Of a DNA stretch of 64,000 nt, positions 35,737-45,182 are shown piece after piece. The notes below the pieces were generated by a model. It was not told where the DNA came from, searched no databases, and worked only from the letters and a program-made list of their open reading frames with translations. Position 1 is the stretch's first letter; each line of letters opens with the position of its first letter. Source of the stretch: a virus; the IMG/VR virus record IMGVR_UViG_3300031576_000010, positions 1-64,000 of that record. One strand, given 5' to 3'. The translations under genes were made by a program, and so were the position numbers.

Positions 35737-36699
35737 CTACACCACTGGGACGCTGCCGTCCCAAGGCAGCACCACATCGCCGACGATCACCTTGGTCCTC
35801 GTCCCACCATCGGAGAGCGTGGACATGTTGGCCCGGACCGTCCCCTTCCAGCGCATCTGCGAGCCGAAGCCCTTCCAACCGAGCGAGCTGGCCGTGGACG
35901 TGTCCCGTCCATACGGGATCGGGAAGTGGTTGTCGTCTCCGTCGTAGGGATTCGACCCGGCCCCGTTAGGCGCGATCGTACCGCCGCTACGACGGTACTC
36001 TAACGCGGGCATGTCCACGAACAGCTCAGGTCCGCCGGGACCGACCGTATTCTTGTTGAACCAACCAACAGGTCCGCCGGTGGCGGCAAGGCTCGTACTC
36101 ACGAGCGTCGTGGCTGAGGCCGCTTCGACGTAGTAGACGGCCGGATCGGCGTCCACCGAGTTGAAACTGCCAGCAGCCAGCGGCTCAAAGACGATGGCGG
36201 TCGGGTTTGCGCCGGTCCCGTTCGTTACGCAGAAGAACCAGAACGCGAACGGCGCCGCGTTGTCCGCTCCGATGTGGATCCTGTAGGACGCGGCTGCCGC
36301 GAACAGCGTGGTGCCGACCGTGGTGGTGCCGAAGAGATTCTCGTCGTCGGTGGCGGTCGGCTTGTCGTCCGCGTCGCCGGCCGTCAGCGTGAACCCGTCC
36401 TCGGCCGACATCGTGATCCACCAGAACGCCTCGCCCGAGCTGCCGCGCTGGCAGCAGAACTCACGCCGCGGCACGGCTGAGGGCGGCTGCCGGATGCAGA
36501 ACCAGGCGCGCGAGTTGTTCATGCCGCCCGCCCCAGCGCCGGCAGTCGTGATCCCGTCGGACGCTGCGAAGAACGTGGTGCCGTCGCCTGACGATCGCAC
36601 CACCCAGCCGGCCGACTTCAGCAGTTCCTTGAGCAAGAAGACGGCCTCGGCGCCGCCGTTTGCACCACCCGCGTTGTTCACGTCAAATTGGTACGCCAT
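35737..36699 (-). CDS. putative virion structural protein
   Basis: MAYQFDVNN...LKSAGW; Gly/Thr-rich; located in the tail module. Confidence 0.6.
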   Translation of the reverse strand: MAYQFDVNNAGGANGGAEAVFLLKELLKSAGWVVRSSGDGTTFFAASDGITTAGAGAGGMNNSRAWFCIRQPPSAVPRREFCCQRGSSGEAFWWITMSAEDGFTLTAGDADDKPTATDDENLFGTTTVGTTLFAAAASYRIHIGADNAAPFAFWFFCVTNGTGANPTAIVFEPLAAGSFNSVDADPAVYYVEAASATTLVSTSLAATGGPVGWFNKNTVGPGGPELFVDMPALEYRRSGGTIAPNGAGSNPYDGDDNHFPIPYGRDTSTASSLGWKGFGSQMRWKGTVRANMSTLSDGGTRTKVIVGDVVLPWDGSVPVV

Positions 36700-36703
36700 T
36701 GTT

Positions 36704-37627
36704 TCACCTCGTGAAGCCGGGCCGACCAGCCCGGAGGTTTCGGAGGACCGGGTCGTTCGTGATGGCGATTGAGACGGCACCACTCAATGGCGCCAGCACG
36801 GTGAAGCGGGCGGCGTCATCGTAGGTGAACGCGTTGGTGAAGACGGGCAAGATGGCCGAGCATATCGCCATCTTGATCGCGACCGTCTCGACCCGAGCGC
36901 CTGGTGGCGTCGTGCCGAGAACCCGATCGCTCGTGATCGGATTGGCGTCTAGCATCGGCTCGGCGCCGAACACCACCATCGTGTGGACGAAGAAGTCGTC
37001 GAAGTCGGTGGCGATCGCGTAGGCGGCCGTGAGGTTTCCGACCGTGATGCGCGCGCTCGCGGCGGTCGTGGGAAACCCGCTGCGCCGCAACACCTCGGTC
37101 GTGCCGGCCAGCAGGTAGACGGTTGAACCGGCCCGGATGATTCGCAGGCTCCCGGACAGATCGGAAGTAGACAGGAAGGCCGACTCGATCGTCACGCCCG
37201 CCACCACTACCGTGACCTCGTAGCGGTTGCCGAACGACCCACCCGTCTTGCGCGCGATCTGCGCGTAGTTGTTGGCGTCGATGAAGAGGCGGACGGCCGC
37301 CATCTCGATCGGGCTGGCGGCCGGCAAGGCCGCCACATCGGTCTGGACGTCGAACTCGACCTCGATGTCGGTGTCGAGCAAGGTGGCGACCGAGTCGATG
37401 CGCGCGTAGCTGCCCGCTACCGCGCCTGTCGACAGATGGAGGCGACCGCCCGATTGTGTGGCGGCCGAGCCCGCCCCATTGGTCGAGGCGGTCCACTTGG
37501 CCGGGTTGATCGAACCGGCCGCAAAGTCGTCGTCGCAAGCGATGTCGAGCAGGTTGTTGGGGCTCGCGATCTCGACAGACGTGCCGCCCGTCACTGGTCC
37601 GGCTGTCGGCGTGATGAAGTCGGTCAT
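36704..37627 (-). CDS. virion structural protein (IPT/lectin-like)
   Basis: ITPTAGPVTGGTSV start; paralog of 34502-35575. Confidence 0.65.
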   Translation of the reverse strand: MTDFITPTAGPVTGGTSVEIASPNNLLDIACDDDFAAGSINPAKWTASTNGAGSAATQSGGRLHLSTGAVAGSYARIDSVATLLDTDIEVEFDVQTDVAALPAASPIEMAAVRLFIDANNYAQIARKTGGSFGNRYEVTVVVAGVTIESAFLSTSDLSGSLRIIRAGSTVYLLAGTTEVLRRSGFPTTAASARITVGNLTAAYAIATDFDDFFVHTMVVFGAEPMLDANPITSDRVLGTTPPGARVETVAIKMAICSAILPVFTNAFTYDDAARFTVLAPLSGAVSIAITNDPVLRNLRAGRPGFTR

Positions 37628-37912
37628 GCTACTTCTCGAACTCGATGCCGATTGTTCGGCGGTTCCCAGCGGTTTCGTGTGCGGTCCACGTGAACCGTGC
37701 CCCTTCCACGATCAGACCCCGCTGGTCGGTTGGGACGTACTCGTACCACAGCACTGCCCGGTCGGTCGTTCCATCCTGTGTCGTGACGTCCGCGACGAAG
37801 ACGCGCGCGAGGCATCGCACCACCACACCACGCAGTCGTCTGATGGGATCGGTAACTCCGTCCCCGCCGCATTGTCCTCACCCCTTCTTCTTTTTTGAAG
37901 ATTTGCATCCAC

Positions 37913-39334
37913 CTACACCACCGTGAGCGTCACGTTCGTGCTGGAGATCCTTCCGTACGATGCCTTGTCGATCGGGATGTCGGCGGGCGCGGCGCCCGAC
38001 CCGATGATCCGGAACACCGTGAACACCAGGTTGTCGACCCCCGCGATCTTCCGGACCTCCGCGTTCACGTCCGACTGCTCGTCGTCGTCACCAAGCCCCT
38101 GCCCGTTGATGAACGCGACGATCGATGAGACGGCCGCCGCCACCCCGTTGACCGAGTTGGTGCCGGCCAGGAACGAGATGTTGCCGGCGATCTCGACGTC
38201 GATCTCGGTCCCCTCCTTGAACAGGAGGTCGCGACCGAACACGAACCGGTCCGGGTTGACGAACTCGTCCTGTAGGGTCTGGGGGAGCGTGTTGTAGTTG
38301 TAGGTCACGTTGATGCTGGCGCCGATCGTGGGCGCCGCACCCCCCGCGATGAACACGACCGCGTCCTGCGCGCGGATCGAACCAGCGTTCGGACCCGTGT
38401 CCTTCAGCAAGACGTAGTCGACCCCCTGGATGAACGCGGGGCCGCCCGCGTCGACCGACGCGACCGACGAGACGGGTTGGCGGTCCAGCACAACCATCTG
38501 GCCGACCCCCAGGAAGGTGTGCGACTCGGTCGTCGACACGAGCGACTGGCCGATCAAGTACGCGTCCACCGCGCCCGCGTTGGTGGTGGCGCGCGTGAGG
38601 AGCGGGTCCTGCCCGAACACCATCCCGACCCCCTCGACCGATGTGAACAGGTCGTCGACGTCGCGGCTCAGGCCGAACGGGGTCGAAATGTCGGTGCCGG
38701 CGATCGCGACGAACAGGCGCTCGGCGAACCGCTCGTTCGACTCGCGGTCCGCCCCGTTGATCGTCCGGACCCGGTTGGTCACCTGGTCGAAGCCGGGCAG
38801 GCTGGTCTGCATTTGGGTGATGCGACCTGGCCCCACGTTCCCCGCCTCCCCCACCGCAATCGCCTCGATCGCAACCTCCAGCTCGTAGAAGTTGGTCGCG
38901 GCATTGAAGTAGAGGGCGGCGGTGGCGGACGGGAGCGTTTGGGTCTCGGTCGTCCGAAACGTGATGGCGCGCCCGAGCGTCGCGTCCACGTTGGTGGCGA
39001 GCGGGAAGTTGATCGGGACGGTGAGGTCGGAGCCGGGCGCGATCCTCGCCTGGAAGATGACGGACCCGGCCGCCCGGGTGCCAGACGACCGGAGCAACTG
39101 CTCGTTGAACGCGTACTCGTCCAGCTCCTGCTCGGTGAAATCGCCGACGTTCAGGAGCGACATGATCAGGCTGAGGCGCCGGATCCTGTCGTTCTGCGGC
39201 TCCATGGTGGTGGAGACGGGCGCGATCGTGTCGTGGATGGGGCCGACATCGACGTCCAGGCTGGGGTTCCGGTCGAGCACCGCCGTCTTGATCTGCTCCT
39301 CGAATTCAGCGGCCGTGATCTTTGCGATCGCCAT
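37913..39334 (-). CDS. baseplate J-like wedge protein
   Basis: AAGSVIF, GEAGNVGPGRI, NGADRESNERFAER, RKIAGV. Confidence 0.85.
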   Translation of the reverse strand: MAIAKITAAEFEEQIKTAVLDRNPSLDVDVGPIHDTIAPVSTTMEPQNDRIRRLSLIMSLLNVGDFTEQELDEYAFNEQLLRSSGTRAAGSVIFQARIAPGSDLTVPINFPLATNVDATLGRAITFRTTETQTLPSATAALYFNAATNFYELEVAIEAIAVGEAGNVGPGRITQMQTSLPGFDQVTNRVRTINGADRESNERFAERLFVAIAGTDISTPFGLSRDVDDLFTSVEGVGMVFGQDPLLTRATTNAGAVDAYLIGQSLVSTTESHTFLGVGQMVVLDRQPVSSVASVDAGGPAFIQGVDYVLLKDTGPNAGSIRAQDAVVFIAGGAAPTIGASINVTYNYNTLPQTLQDEFVNPDRFVFGRDLLFKEGTEIDVEIAGNISFLAGTNSVNGVAAAVSSIVAFINGQGLGDDDEQSDVNAEVRKIAGVDNLVFTVFRIIGSGAAPADIPIDKASYGRISSTNVTLTVV

Positions 39335-39337
39335 TCC

Positions 39338-39763
39338 CTACTCTCCAGTGACCGGCGAGATGGAACCGCCGCGCGCGATCTCCTCGCCCGCCTTCGTCGT
39401 GATGGCGGCCCGGAAGATGACGGTGGTGGGGTCGGAGTCGTCGATGCGCGCCTGGTTGAACGCGAGCCTCGCGACCGTCTCGTTCTTCGCGAGGACGGCG
39501 CGAATGCGACGCTGGATACCGATCCAGCGGTCTACCGCGGCCGAAATCCGCTCCATCACGGAGAACGCGACCATCTCGGGCGAGTCGGGCACCGATCCAA
39601 CCAGGCTGACGATCGACGCGCCGAACCCGTTCGCTTGCGTCTCGATCGACAGCAGCTCGCTGAAGTCCTGCCGGGTCTTCGCTAACCCGGAGATCGTCAG
39701 GGGGCGACCGGTCGCATCATCGACCACCCAGTCGCCGTTCTTGATGAAGAGTGAAAGGGCCAT
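39338..39763 (-). CDS. baseplate gp25-like / sheath initiator
   Basis: Size, NGDW...G motif and position before baseplate J. Confidence 0.55.
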   Translation of the reverse strand: MALSLFIKNGDWVVDDATGRPLTISGLAKTRQDFSELLSIETQANGFGASIVSLVGSVPDSPEMVAFSVMERISAAVDRWIGIQRRIRAVLAKNETVARLAFNQARIDDSDPTTVIFRAAITTKAGEEIARGGSISPVTGE

Positions 39764-39772
39764 TCGTTCGCC

Positions 39773-40246
39773 TCACGCGGCTGGGGTGACCAGCTCCACG
39801 ATGATGATCTCGATGAGGGCGCAGACGTCGTCCAGCAGGGTTGTCAGGCTGTTGAGCCGGTCGATCTCCGTGTTGATGTCGTCGATGATGCCGGTGTATT
39901 CGCGGGCCCGGTAGAGCAGGTTGTCGAGCGTGGCCTTGAGCGACTCGATGATCTCCTGGGGGGCCGACAGGAAATCGCCGAACTGCGCGCACGTGTTCAC
40001 CAGCCTGGCGACACCGGTCGGGTAGAACGAGAGGCCCTCGGTGATTGGTGCGAGCGCGCTCTCGTAGAGCGTCTGGACCGTCTCCAGCTTGATGGTTTGG
40101 AGCTGGACCTGGGTCCGGTTGACCAGCAATTTGGTCACGCGGAAGTCGGCAACCGCTTTCTGGGCGGTCGCGGCATCACAGACGGCCCGGAGGGTCGCGA
40201 CCGACAGGGTCCGCAAGATGGTGGCGACGCAGGGTTCCAGGGCCAT
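39773..40246 (-). CDS. hypothetical helical protein
   Basis: Packed ORF preceded by the late-promoter-like motif. Confidence 0.6.
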   Translation of the reverse strand: MALEPCVATILRTLSVATLRAVCDAATAQKAVADFRVTKLLVNRTQVQLQTIKLETVQTLYESALAPITEGLSFYPTGVARLVNTCAQFGDFLSAPQEIIESLKATLDNLLYRAREYTGIIDDINTEIDRLNSLTTLLDDVCALIEIIIVELVTPAA

Positions 40247-40274
40247 CGGGCTCCTACGATACCGCCCAACCGAG

Positions 40275-40288
40275 CGGAACTTTAGAAG
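40275..40288 (-). promoter_or_regulatory. putative late promoter motif CTTCTAAAGTTCCG
   Basis: Variant of the motif at 56492 and 62461; about 30 nt upstream of a - strand start. Confidence 0.55.
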
Positions 40289-40294
40289 TCCAGG

Positions 40295-40762
40295 TCACAG
40301 GAGGGTCGCGACCGTTGGGCCCGGGAACGTGACCGTAACCGTGAGGGTCCAGGCGTGGATCGCGGCCGCCACGTTGGCCGCCACCTCCGCGGATGTCGCG
40401 GCCGCCACGCCCGTCGCAAACACGGCGGCCAGCAGGCTGGAGAGGCCGGGGGGCGCGAGCGTCACGACCCCCGCGCCGAACAGGACCGGCGGCACCATCC
40501 AGAACGCCTGGAACGCCAGCTCCATGGCGGACAGGGTAGTGGTACCCAGAGACGCCACCCCTCCTGCGAATGCGGCGGCCAGCGCGCCAGCCAGCACCCC
40601 CTCCTCCAGGCCGGTGAACGCGGGAATGACCCCGTTGGCCGTCGCGACCGCCGCGTAATCGGCGTACCCGCTTGCCCACGAGGCTGCCGCGTCGGCCATG
40701 TCGCTGGAGCCCGCGAACACGCCCAGCAGCCCAGACGTCAACGTGGTGGGGTCGAGGGGCAC
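40295..40762 (-). CDS. putative baseplate/spike-associated protein
   Basis: Ala-rich; immediately after the spike gene. Confidence 0.5.
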   Translation of the reverse strand: MPLDPTTLTSGLLGVFAGSSDMADAAASWASGYADYAAVATANGVIPAFTGLEEGVLAGALAAAFAGGVASLGTTTLSAMELAFQAFWMVPPVLFGAGVVTLAPPGLSSLLAAVFATGVAAATSAEVAANVAAAIHAWTLTVTVTFPGPTVATLL

Positions 40763-40763
40763 G

Positions 40764-41915
40764 CTAGGGGGTCCCGGGCGACGCGAGCTTCTGGGTGAAC
40801 GACACGTCCGACAGGATCGCGTTGGACGTCAGGTACGTGGCCTTGAGGGCCGACAGGGTCGCGAGGGTCGCGGGGTTGAACGAGGCCGGCCCCATGGCGG
40901 TCGCGATGACCGCGCTGTTGAGCGCATCCATGAGGGCCTGTAGGAACTGGTTGAGCTGGACGCCCAACGGCACGTTCTCGATGGCGCCAGGACCCCCCAG
41001 CTTGATGGTGGTGGAAGGCTGGAGCACGAAATCGCGGAACTGCGCGAGGAACGGGCTCGACAGCCCCGTCAGCTTGACGCCCAGCACGGTCGCGAGGGCC
41101 GACAGGGTGGCCTCCACGTTGCCGAGCGCGTCCACCTCCAGCTCGAACGCGACGGTCGCGCCAGCCGCATCGTAGACGCGTACGTGGGCGCGGAGCGGCC
41201 CCCCTCCCGATCCAACCGTTGGGGCGAACGGGGTCATGTCGTCCACCACATCCCCGAACTTCGCGTCCACCACCGGGAGGGCGACGGGTCCGGCGTCGTG
41301 GGCCAGGTAGGTGCGGTGCTCTCGCAACGCCCCGCCCGACAGAGCCGACTCTTCCGTGTCGGTCGGGAGGAGTTGGCGGCGCACCTCCCCGAACCGCACC
41401 TCCGACCCGAACGCCGTGACCTTGTGGAGCGAGCCGTCCAGGATGCTTTCGAGCCGGTCACGCGACAGCGTGAGGGCGACAGGTCCGCCGGCAAGCCGTA
41501 GGGTGCCATCCGCCCCGCCCCAGATGGTCGCGCGGCCGGCCGACCGCAGCTCGTACTCGCCCGGCTTCAGCTCCCGGATGAGGAACTGGTCGGCCGCGTC
41601 CTCGTCGGCGAGCTGGCCGTAGTTGATCGCCTCGAAGTTGACGATGTGCATCGCGCCATCCATCCCCTGGACGAGCGTGACGGTGTCGCCAACCTGCGGC
41701 ATGAACCGGAACCAGCTCGACCGGCCCAGCGCGAACGAGAACTGGATCATCGGCAGCTTGACGTCGTCACGGACGCTGCCGCCCTGACGGATCCGAACCT
41801 TCAGGATACCGTTCCGCGCGTCGACCGCCGTGATGACGCCGTCGACAGCATCGCCCGGGATCTCATCACGAGACCCGTGGAAGGGATCCTCGTCACCAGG
41901 GATCGGTTCCCTCAT
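40764..41915 (-). CDS. baseplate central spike (gpV/gp5-like)
   Basis: OB-fold GVITAVD...MPQVGDTV followed by beta-repeats. Confidence 0.7.
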   Translation of the reverse strand: MREPIPGDEDPFHGSRDEIPGDAVDGVITAVDARNGILKVRIRQGGSVRDDVKLPMIQFSFALGRSSWFRFMPQVGDTVTLVQGMDGAMHIVNFEAINYGQLADEDAADQFLIRELKPGEYELRSAGRATIWGGADGTLRLAGGPVALTLSRDRLESILDGSLHKVTAFGSEVRFGEVRRQLLPTDTEESALSGGALREHRTYLAHDAGPVALPVVDAKFGDVVDDMTPFAPTVGSGGGPLRAHVRVYDAAGATVAFELEVDALGNVEATLSALATVLGVKLTGLSSPFLAQFRDFVLQPSTTIKLGGPGAIENVPLGVQLNQFLQALMDALNSAVIATAMGPASFNPATLATLSALKATYLTSNAILSDVSFTQKLASPGTP

Positions 41916-44464
41916 ATCGTGACATCTCCTTCCTCGATCTCGCGCAAGTCTAGATCCTCGATCGGCACCATGACGGCGCCCTGCTGGATGGTCGCCTCCC
42001 TGGTGTGCCGCTCTTCTTCATTCAGATCCGGTGTTGTGGTGTCGGGCTGGGCGCCGAACAACACCCGGTAATTAAGTGGACGGCTCGAATGTCCGGAAAG
42101 CGGCGTGTATATCATCTTCGACGTTTTCGAGTTGCTGTCGAACGACATCATGCCGGTCCAGCCGCGGAGATACCGGAGCCCGACGGACGTCCGCCACCCT
42201 CCATTCCACGCGAGCGAATGGGATACGTCCGCGGACGTCCCAATGTGGTTCCGCAGCTTCCACAGATATGGACGGTTCAGCCCGCAGGCAAACCGAGGAA
42301 CGATCGGCAGCCCAACCGAATGGGCATCCGCGTTGACCCGGTTGAGCATGATGTTGGCATAGATGCGAGCCGCCTCTTCGGTGCGGATCCGTCCCTTCGC
42401 GTTGCCCCGCTCCTGTCTGGTCCCGTAGACCGGGAAGAGGGCGGGCAGTTTGACAACGACGTCCGACAGGTTCGCCATGATCTCGTTGCTCGTCTGGGTG
42501 TGGCGCGATGGGGCCACCGGAACTGCCGCGATCGTCCTGACGGCCGCGTCCGAGAAGGTCGACGACGTGGCAAACTGGTCGTCCAGTTCGACGATGTAGT
42601 TGCGCTCGAACACGCCGAAGTCGTCTGGATCGAAGTCGTACAACGGGAACTCGACGATCAGGTCCCCCTTCGGGGTCGCGTAGAATACGAACTCGATGCG
42701 GGCGAGTGCTTCGTAGAGGAGCTGTAGGAAGTTCTGCGATTCCGACTTCATGTTGTACGACTGGACCAGCTCCAACCCGACCACGTCGTTGCCGATCGAC
42801 TCGGCGCCGGACGGCAGCAGCATGAACACGCGGCCTCCGTCGACCGGGAAGTTGACCGGGTCCTCGCCGATCAACGTGATGAGATCCTCGGTGGTCGCTT
42901 CCGAGACGCTCTTGCCCAACCGCTCGCCAGTCCTGAGCCGGTAGTCAGCCTCGTCGGTGTCCTTGTTGATCAATGTGTGGATGTCGCTAAGCTGCACGGG
43001 CCACGAAGTGATCCCCTCCCACTGTTGTAGCGAGACCGGCACGAGACCGTCGGGCAGCGTGTCGCCCCCGTTGATCGACAAGCCGAACACATGGGCACCG
43101 ACGTACGGAGACTCCAGTGCGAGCCGGGCATCGCTGACCCGGTTCTGTGCAACCTGCATGACCGATCGATTCTGTTGTCCCGAAACAACCGTGTCTTGGC
43201 CGGTCGCCTCGGCGGGTGGGACTTGAATGGTCGCACGAAGCGTCTGGATCTCCTCCTCGACCCTCGCGCGCAACTCCACCCGGTCCGTATCCTTGGCCGG
43301 CTTGAACGACCCGATCCCCGAGATACCGAACCGACGCTGGACCCGATCGCCAAACCGGTTGACGAAATCGATGGCGAACGCTTCCTTTTGCAGCTCGCCG
43401 AGACGGGTGCGATCCTCACCGCGTCGCTTGATGTAGCTGTCGAGGTCGCGGCGTTGCGCGTCCGTCAAGGTCTCGCGGATCTCCTCGATCGAGGAGGTCG
43501 GTGAATACCTGGTCGTGTCGATCTGCCCGATGAAACCAGCCTCGATGGCACGCTTCTGCGCGTCCGCCTCGGTGATGTTGGGCGGGGCGATCAAGAGGGT
43601 CTCGAAGATGGGTTCCCGCTGGGTCCCGAATACGATGAAGTCGATGATCTCCGTAAGCGTCTTGTTGGCAAGCGGGTTGGAGAACGCGCTGTACTGCGCC
43701 TGGTCCGCCAACGTCCTGGTGTTGGAGTCGATGAGACCGGGGTTCGAGTAGACGCGGGCGTACCGGAACAGCTTGGTTGGGTCCTCGGACGAGATGTTCA
43801 GGACCTTCTGGTTGTTGACCGAGCAGTCGTCGGTGATGTCGGTCAGGAGACCCGAAAATCCGTAGTACCAGATGGTCGGGTTGAACGGGTCCCGGAGGAA
43901 GATGCGGAGCGGGTCGTTCGGGTGGAAGATGGGCACGCCGTCTGCGTATGGGTAGCGCGACCGCCTGATTCGCCCGATCGTGTTGCCCTTCGCATCGATG
44001 TTGTCGACCGTGATCTTCGTGTGGGCTTGCTTGAGGAAGAAGATTTTGCTCTTGACCGACGCGGAATTGGACAGCCGGTAATCCGCCGTGGTCGTGTCGC
44101 TCGCCGCGTACTGGTCGGACCGCTGACACGCCAGGTCTGCCACCTCCTCGCCGATTTGCGTGACGCCGATGTCCCGACTCCTGACCTGCACGCGCTTCGG
44201 GTCGATGCCGGTCAGGAAGAACATGTCCTCGGTGGTCAGGAGGTACTTGTCCCTCTCGTTGATCAGGGTGATCGAACAGGTGTTCGGCTGGTTGCCGACG
44301 TGGTTCTTGATGTTGACGGCGGTGACGTCGTTGGTGACGTCGAAGCCGTATAGAAAAACACGGTAGGCCGGGAACGCATGCCGCACCTTCGGGAGAGGCC
44401 CCGTCGGAGGCGAAGAACCGAACATGAACGTGAGGGCACGGTCGACCGCTCGATTGTCAGCCAT
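41912..44464 (-). CDS. baseplate hub protein (gp27/gpD-like)
   Basis: NTCSITL, FVFYATPKGDL, terminal HSLAW...WRTSVGL; position after the tape measure genes. Confidence 0.65.
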   Translation of the reverse strand: MADNRAVDRALTFMFGSSPPTGPLPKVRHAFPAYRVFLYGFDVTNDVTAVNIKNHVGNQPNTCSITLINERDKYLLTTEDMFFLTGIDPKRVQVRSRDIGVTQIGEEVADLACQRSDQYAASDTTTADYRLSNSASVKSKIFFLKQAHTKITVDNIDAKGNTIGRIRRSRYPYADGVPIFHPNDPLRIFLRDPFNPTIWYYGFSGLLTDITDDCSVNNQKVLNISSEDPTKLFRYARVYSNPGLIDSNTRTLADQAQYSAFSNPLANKTLTEIIDFIVFGTQREPIFETLLIAPPNITEADAQKRAIEAGFIGQIDTTRYSPTSSIEEIRETLTDAQRRDLDSYIKRRGEDRTRLGELQKEAFAIDFVNRFGDRVQRRFGISGIGSFKPAKDTDRVELRARVEEEIQTLRATIQVPPAEATGQDTVVSGQQNRSVMQVAQNRVSDARLALESPYVGAHVFGLSINGGDTLPDGLVPVSLQQWEGITSWPVQLSDIHTLINKDTDEADYRLRTGERLGKSVSEATTEDLITLIGEDPVNFPVDGGRVFMLLPSGAESIGNDVVGLELVQSYNMKSESQNFLQLLYEALARIEFVFYATPKGDLIVEFPLYDFDPDDFGVFERNYIVELDDQFATSSTFSDAAVRTIAAVPVAPSRHTQTSNEIMANLSDVVVKLPALFPVYGTRQERGNAKGRIRTEEAARIYANIMLNRVNADAHSVGLPIVPRFACGLNRPYLWKLRNHIGTSADVSHSLAWNGGWRTSVGLRYLRGWTGMMSFDSNSKTSKMIYTPLSGHSSRPLNYRVLFGAQPDTTTPDLNEEERHTREATIQQGAVMVPIEDLDLREIEEGDVTI

Positions 44465-44465
44465 A

Positions 44466-45182
44466 TCACTCGCCTCCCACGACCTCTGGGCTCGAAAAGA
44501 CAGAGTCGGCCAGGTCGAGGGCGCCCTGAACTCGCTGGAGCGATGACTCGCTGAAGATGTAGTCGGACACGAAACGAACGAGGTCGTCGAGCGGCGGGTC
44601 AGTCGACTGCACGGTGAACTGGACGCTCCACTGCCGCTGGAACGGTTCCTGCGCCGACTCGCTGAACTGGAGCACGTTCATGAAGAACCCGCGAAACTTG
44701 ACCTGCTTGGGAAACAGGGCGGACGCGTACGTCATCGTGACCATGTTGGGGACGCCCGCCTCCAGGTCGACGATCGGGTCGAGCGTGAGCTTGTAGAACC
44801 GGAGCCACGCGAGAAGATGGTCCTTCGCGCCAGTCCGATCGAACGTCAGGTCGGCGCCCAGGATGCGACCGATCTGCCGCTGGAACGCGCGCGGGTCGAT
44901 GTTGCCGGTCGTCCCAGATAGCGAGAGGGTCAGGATGTCGTTGTTCTGGCCCCTCGCGTTCGAGAAGTGGAAGTAGATCGTTCCCCCAACAACATCCTGC
45001 TTCTGGATCCTCTTGGTCTGGGCGAACTGGACCTGCTGCGGGTTGATGAGCATGCAGAGGGGTGCGACGCCGTTGCGCGCGTTCATGTCGGACTGCCAGA
45101 TGATCGGCACCCGCGTGGTGTTGTCCGGCCCGGCCGTCAGCGTGCTTCGCAGAATCGACCCGATGTCTGCCAGGAGTGCCAT
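44466..45182 (-). CDS. tail tube initiator / baseplate protein
   Basis: LINPQQVQF...TLSLSGTTG...FRGFF...WSVQFTV. Confidence 0.6.
   Translation of the reverse strand: MALLADIGSILRSTLTAGPDNTTRVPIIWQSDMNARNGVAPLCMLINPQQVQFAQTKRIQKQDVVGGTIYFHFSNARGQNNDILTLSLSGTTGNIDPRAFQRQIGRILGADLTFDRTGAKDHLLAWLRFYKLTLDPIVDLEAGVPNMVTMTYASALFPKQVKFRGFFMNVLQFSESAQEPFQRQWSVQFTVQSTDPPLDDLVRFVSDYIFSESSLQRVQGALDLADSVFSSPEVVGGE

Noticed and set aside
37624-37908. Small gene(s) between baseplate J and the next structural gene
   Set aside because: Two overlapping short frames, possibly one frameshifted gene; cannot be resolved from sequence alone.
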